DNA of 64,000 nt from contig JAOASE010000011.1 in the NCBI GenBank assembly GCA_025210155.1, forward strand, positions 12,498 to 76,497. Direction: 5' to 3'. This DNA comes from Alphaproteobacteria bacterium (GTDB lineage Bacteria; Pseudomonadota; Alphaproteobacteria; Rs-D84; CASDRH01). The stretch's first letter is position 1. Each line of letters opens with the position of its first letter. A program made the translations under genes and the position numbers. Under the pieces are notes generated by a model. The model worked only from the letters and a program-made list of their open reading frames with translations. It had not been told where the DNA came from and made no database searches. Positions 59,793-64,000 of the stretch are shown one piece after another.

Positions 59793-60941
59793 CTAATAGC
59801 AATATTCTAAACTTTTTTCAAGGTTTTTAATATGAGAGATCATATTTATATCGTATCTTCTACCTAATATATTATCATATCTGTATACAACTTCAAAATC
59901 ATCTTCACCTATAACAGAAAAAAGCTTTCTAAATATTTCTAATTCAGAATTTATATAGTCTTGATTTTTACAAACGCAACCATCTTTTGAATTAAAGATA
60001 ATTCTTTCTTCATCTTCAGATCTATAATACTTAGAAATATCTTCCATATCATAAAACATACAGAAGCCTTGAACTTCTTCACCTTTAATATCATTAACTA
60101 AATAATCATATCTTGAAGAATAAGAGGCACCATCTCTTCTAAATTCATTAGACAAAGAAGACTCACAACAAGCTTTAGAAACTTCTAAAAGATTTGTATA
60201 GCTTTCATTAACTGGTTCTAAAATATCATTTATTAATTCTTCTTTAGACGATAAATCAACCTTTTTATTAGAAGATTTTTCTTCATCTAGAATTTTTTTT
60301 AATTCATTCAAATCCTTAACAAATTTACTATCCTTAGAAGCATCAACTGACATAGAAGATCTTCTAGAAACTTTAAATATTGGCTTGTATTTCTTCAAAA
60401 CTGTTTTAAATTTACTAGTATCAACTTCTTCATAAACTTCTTCTTCAACCTCAGAATTCTTAGAAACTTCAGCATCAGTTACTTCTTCATCTGCTTCAAT
60501 CTTTCCAGGATTAGCTAATTTATCTAGCTCATCCTCAAGCTGATCCATTCTTTCCAAAGCCATATCCATAGCAGCATCTTTTTCTTCTGCCATATCATCA
60601 CAATCTTTTTCTTTAATAATAGGAGTCTTTTCAACAGATAGAACTTCCATTCTTTCTTCAACTACAACATTAGCAGTTTCATCAGAAGATTTACCTTCAA
60701 AGAACTTATCCATAGCATCACTATCTTCTTCAGACACCTCTTCTATATCATCAGAAATTTCATTAACTTCCACAGCTTCAGTATCTGTCTTTTCTGGAAC
60801 TTCAGCAACATCTACAGTCTCAACTTCTTCAACCTCAGTTTCTGTTACAGGTTCGTCGAAATCAACACCTGAGTAAGATATACTTACAGGAAAAGTGAAC
60901 GAAAATAACGCTAAAAATAAAATGTTTCTACTAGTCTTCAT
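59793..60941 (-). CDS. Acidic secreted protein with a Cys-containing C-terminal domain (382 aa)
   Basis: The start MKTSRNILFLALFSF follows GGGGGAG. A long E/D-rich region is present. No motif was recognised. Confidence 0.5.
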   Translation of the reverse strand: MKTSRNILFLALFSFTFPVSISYSGVDFDEPVTETEVEEVETVDVAEVPEKTDTEAVEVNEISDDIEEVSEEDSDAMDKFFEGKSSDETANVVVEERMEVLSVEKTPIIKEKDCDDMAEEKDAAMDMALERMDQLEDELDKLANPGKIEADEEVTDAEVSKNSEVEEEVYEEVDTSKFKTVLKKYKPIFKVSRRSSMSVDASKDSKFVKDLNELKKILDEEKSSNKKVDLSSKEELINDILEPVNESYTNLLEVSKACCESSLSNEFRRDGASYSSRYDYLVNDIKGEEVQGFCMFYDMEDISKYYRSEDEERIIFNSKDGCVCKNQDYINSELEIFRKLFSVIGEDDFEVVYRYDNILGRRYDINMISHIKNLEKSLEYCY

Positions 60942-61013
60942 AACAAAAAACTCCCCCATTTTTACTAAATTATAGCAAATTCAGAGGGAGCTTTCAACTA
61001 AATAAAGTATTTT

Positions 61014-61649
61014 TTATTTTGTAGCTTTTTTAATTTTAGCTTCTAATTTTGATGGATCTTCCATTTTCAATGTTGAAACTTTTTTATTTAAAGCATCAAC
61101 AACTTCTTTTGTAAGATCAAAGTCAGAATTAATAACAACGCTATCACTACTTTGAGTTAATACATCAAAACCTTTTTCTTTAGCTAAAGAAACTAAAATT
61201 GTATTTAAGTGATCCATTTGAACTTTTTGAATTTCTTGAGAGAAAGAAAGTTGAACAGCTTTAACTTTAACTGCAGTTTCTCTTTCAAATTCCATAACTT
61301 CATTTTGGAACGCAAGAACTTTTTCTTTTAAAGCTTCTTGAGATAAAGTTTTAGCTTGAGCTTTTAACTTTTCTTCTTCTTTCTTTAATTCAGCTTTTTT
61401 ATCTTCAGTTCTTTTTTGTAATTTTTTAAGATACTTATCTTTTTGTTCATTTAAAGCTTTAGTAACTTTAGCATTTTCTTGAACATATTTGATGTTAACA
61501 ACACCCACTTTAGTACCACTTTCAACAACTCTTTCTTCTAATTTTTTGCTAGGGCTAGTAACTATAGCAAATGTAGAAAGAACTATTGCAAAAGCAGATA
61601 AAGATACTGCGATAAGATTTCCGTCCATTAATTTAGATTTTTTCAACAT
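61014..61649 (-). CDS. skp: Periplasmic chaperone Skp/OmpH
   Basis: It has a signal anchor, a coiled-coil K/E-rich body, and sits directly downstream of bamA. Confidence 0.75.
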   Translation of the reverse strand: MLKKSKLMDGNLIAVSLSAFAIVLSTFAIVTSPSKKLEERVVESGTKVGVVNIKYVQENAKVTKALNEQKDKYLKKLQKRTEDKKAELKKEEEKLKAQAKTLSQEALKEKVLAFQNEVMEFERETAVKVKAVQLSFSQEIQKVQMDHLNTILVSLAKEKGFDVLTQSSDSVVINSDFDLTKEVVDALNKKVSTLKMEDPSKLEAKIKKATK

Positions 61650-61709
61650 TATTTTCCTCCTAAGTTTTTTGTAATTATAGTCTTTTTATACAAACTTTTC
61701 AATCAAAAA

Positions 61710-63992
61710 TTAAAAATTATTTCCGATAGAAAGTCTAAACGTTTCTCTTTCATCATACTCTTCATAATTTTGAGCCCACGCCCAAGTAAGAGCAATAGAT
61801 CCCATTGGTGAATCCCAGTTAATACCAAGTCCAGCAGCAGTTCTAATTGAATCATCATATTGAGTAGTAGCAGGATCAAATCCAGAAGGCTTACCAATAG
61901 CACCATAATCAAAGAACGCCAAACCATTAACTTTATATTCACTTGGAATTCCGATTGGGAATTTAGTTTCTAACGAACCATAAACTCTCCATTCACCACC
62001 TTCAGTATAACTACTACCATTTTGTCTAGCACCAACACCTGAAATAGCAAAACCTCTTAAATTAGAACCACCTAAGAAATATCTATAAGATCTTCTTAAA
62101 TAATTATCTTCTAAAGCCTCTATATAGCCACCATTAATTGATGCCGAAGTTGAAACCCTACCTTTCAAGAAAGTTTTATAATAAGTAGCAGAAACATCTG
62201 TCTTAAAATAATTCTCAGTAGACTCTTTTAATGTATAAGAATTAGCTACGCTCAATATATAACCACTTCTATTTCTATACAATAAATCATAATCAGTATC
62301 TCTATAAGATAACTTTTGAGAAACAATATATAATTTAGCTTCACCAACATCTTCTGGTTTTAAAGTTGAATCATCAGACAAATCAGATACATCATCCATT
62401 TGATATCTAACACTAACACTTTGAGACAAGTGTTTATTATATTTCCAACCTGTATTCAAAGCTAAACCATAAGAATCTTTATCATAACCATAATCTTCTT
62501 TATATTTATAGTTATTCATAAACACTGTAAATCCACCAGACATATTCTTATTAAAGAAATATGGATCCGTATAACTAAAACTATAATTATCAGTTAAGCT
62601 AGATCTAGATGCAATAGCTGAAACCTTATGACCTTTACCCATAAAATTACTTTCCTTATAAGCCAAATCTATTACCAATCCTTTTAATGAGCTCCAACCT
62701 AATGCAAAAGAAATCTCACCAGTATTTCTTTCAACAACTGCAACATCCAAATTAACTTTCTCTGGATTCAAAGTCGGACTAGGAGTTATTGATAAATTAT
62801 CAAAATATCCTGTTTTAGATAAAGACGATTTAGACATTCTCAATTTAGTTTGAGTTAAAACGTCTTGCTCTCCAATATAAAGTTCATTTCTAATAACAGA
62901 ATCTCTAGTAACCGTATTACCAAGTATATTAATTTTATCCACAAATATCTTCTTAGCATTTTCTATGTTATAGATAATATCCATAATTGGTTCATCTGCA
63001 AATTCAACTTTCTTAACATCTACATTAATTTCTTTAAATATAAACCCTTTTTCTTCCAATGCTAAAGAAAGATTTTTTTCAGTTTTATTTCTATTAGATA
63101 AAGAGAACCAAGATCCTTTAGGATTTAAATTTTCTTCTTTAAGTAAACTATATAAATCATAATCTATAACATCAGATGCAATCTTCACATCACCAACTTT
63201 ATATCTATCACCTTCTTCAATTTCAAAAGTAAGAATAAAAGAACCTTTATCTTCAGAAACATTAACATTTGAAGGAATTACTGTAGCATCCATAAAACCA
63301 TTATCTCTATAATATTTCTTAATCAAAGCTACGTCTGATTTTGCCCTATCTTCATCAAACACATCATTTCTAGAAAAGAATTTCCACCATTTATATTCTT
63401 TAGTTTTTATAGCCGATAAAATATCTTCATCTTTTAAGAACTTATTACCTTTAATAATAATTTTTTCAATCTTTGCTTTTTTACCTTCATCAACTTCAAA
63501 AACAACATTATAAAAATTATCTGAAAGCTTAATTTGAACAGGAACTACTTTTGCAGAGAAATACCCCATAGAACTATAAATCTTCAACATAAGATCTACA
63601 GCATTAGAAATTTCACTTTTAGAAAATGGTGTCATATCTTTTATTGTTAAATTTTCAAAAAAGATATCATCAGAAACTCCATCATTACCTTCTATATAAT
63701 ATTTTTTAACAATGATAGCTTCTTCAACTTTAACTTTAACTTTTCCAGATTTTTCATTTAAAGAAACATTTTTAAAAAAACCTGTTTTATATAAAATCTT
63801 CAAACCTTTATTAAGATCTTTTTTAGAAATATTATCTCCAACTTGGAAAGGTAAAGAAGCTACAATCATACCAGAATTATATTTCTCATTTCCTTCAACT
63901 GAAATAGATTTAACAACAACAGCTTTCGCAACAAATGAAATATTCATAGCTACAAATAATAGCGCCACAAATAATAAGTTTTTTTTATTCAT
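61710..63992 (-). CDS. bamA: Outer membrane protein assembly factor BamA
   Basis: It has a signal peptide, repeated POTRA-like modules (I..I.VEGN, I.I.GN), and a C-terminal barrel ending FRLSIGNNF. Confidence 0.9.
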   Translation of the reverse strand: MNKKNLLFVALLFVAMNISFVAKAVVVKSISVEGNEKYNSGMIVASLPFQVGDNISKKDLNKGLKILYKTGFFKNVSLNEKSGKVKVKVEEAIIVKKYYIEGNDGVSDDIFFENLTIKDMTPFSKSEISNAVDLMLKIYSSMGYFSAKVVPVQIKLSDNFYNVVFEVDEGKKAKIEKIIIKGNKFLKDEDILSAIKTKEYKWWKFFSRNDVFDEDRAKSDVALIKKYYRDNGFMDATVIPSNVNVSEDKGSFILTFEIEEGDRYKVGDVKIASDVIDYDLYSLLKEENLNPKGSWFSLSNRNKTEKNLSLALEEKGFIFKEINVDVKKVEFADEPIMDIIYNIENAKKIFVDKINILGNTVTRDSVIRNELYIGEQDVLTQTKLRMSKSSLSKTGYFDNLSITPSPTLNPEKVNLDVAVVERNTGEISFALGWSSLKGLVIDLAYKESNFMGKGHKVSAIASRSSLTDNYSFSYTDPYFFNKNMSGGFTVFMNNYKYKEDYGYDKDSYGLALNTGWKYNKHLSQSVSVRYQMDDVSDLSDDSTLKPEDVGEAKLYIVSQKLSYRDTDYDLLYRNRSGYILSVANSYTLKESTENYFKTDVSATYYKTFLKGRVSTSASINGGYIEALEDNYLRRSYRYFLGGSNLRGFAISGVGARQNGSSYTEGGEWRVYGSLETKFPIGIPSEYKVNGLAFFDYGAIGKPSGFDPATTQYDDSIRTAAGLGINWDSPMGSIALTWAWAQNYEEYDERETFRLSIGNNF

Positions 63993-64000
63993 AAATATAC

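Overview
Very AT-rich diderm (Gram-negative) bacterial DNA. LuxI/LuxR and the bamA-skp-lpxD-fabZ order suggest a proteobacterium (low confidence). The window is a mosaic.

- **1-10.5 kb, integrase-bounded defence island.** It holds a Gabija-like OLD nuclease and UvrD helicase pair extended by two coupled genes, a KAP NTPase split into two ORFs, and a P4-like integrase next to a tRNA 3' end fragment.
- **10.6-13.3 kb, luxR-luxI cassette.** It carries a lux-box-like palindrome and is bracketed by 58-bp direct repeats.
- **13.5-21.3 kb, type I R-M operon.** Four uncharacterised ORFs, mostly membrane or zinc-ribbon proteins, are interleaved between hsdM, hsdS and hsdR with tight coupling.
- **21.5-43.2 kb, core genes.** These are gldA, family-4 UDG, ogt, a Cys-repeat pilin-like protein, tetR, three tandem paralogous autotransporters, malic enzyme, uvdE, and ArnT/GtrA/GT2 glycosylation genes.
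- **43.3-55.2 kb, 11.9-kb satellite-like island at tRNA-Ser(UGA).** It has 56-bp att repeats. Cargo is a HEPN protein plus a small TM protein, an ABC-3C-like three-gene system, and an AbiK-like reverse transcriptase plus a multi-TM protein lying between int and the tRNA.
- **55.3-64 kb, core genes.** These are an SNase, a 5'-3' exonuclease, and fabZ-lpxD-skp-bamA.

Best candidates for something undescribed:
1. The ORFs embedded in the type I R-M operon.
2. A two-copy, roughly 200-nt structured leader RNA with compensatory changes and an intrinsic terminator, upstream of small envelope-protein genes in both islands.
3. The RT plus membrane-protein pair.
4. The four-gene Gabija variant.

All calls rest on motifs read by eye. 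No database search was possible.
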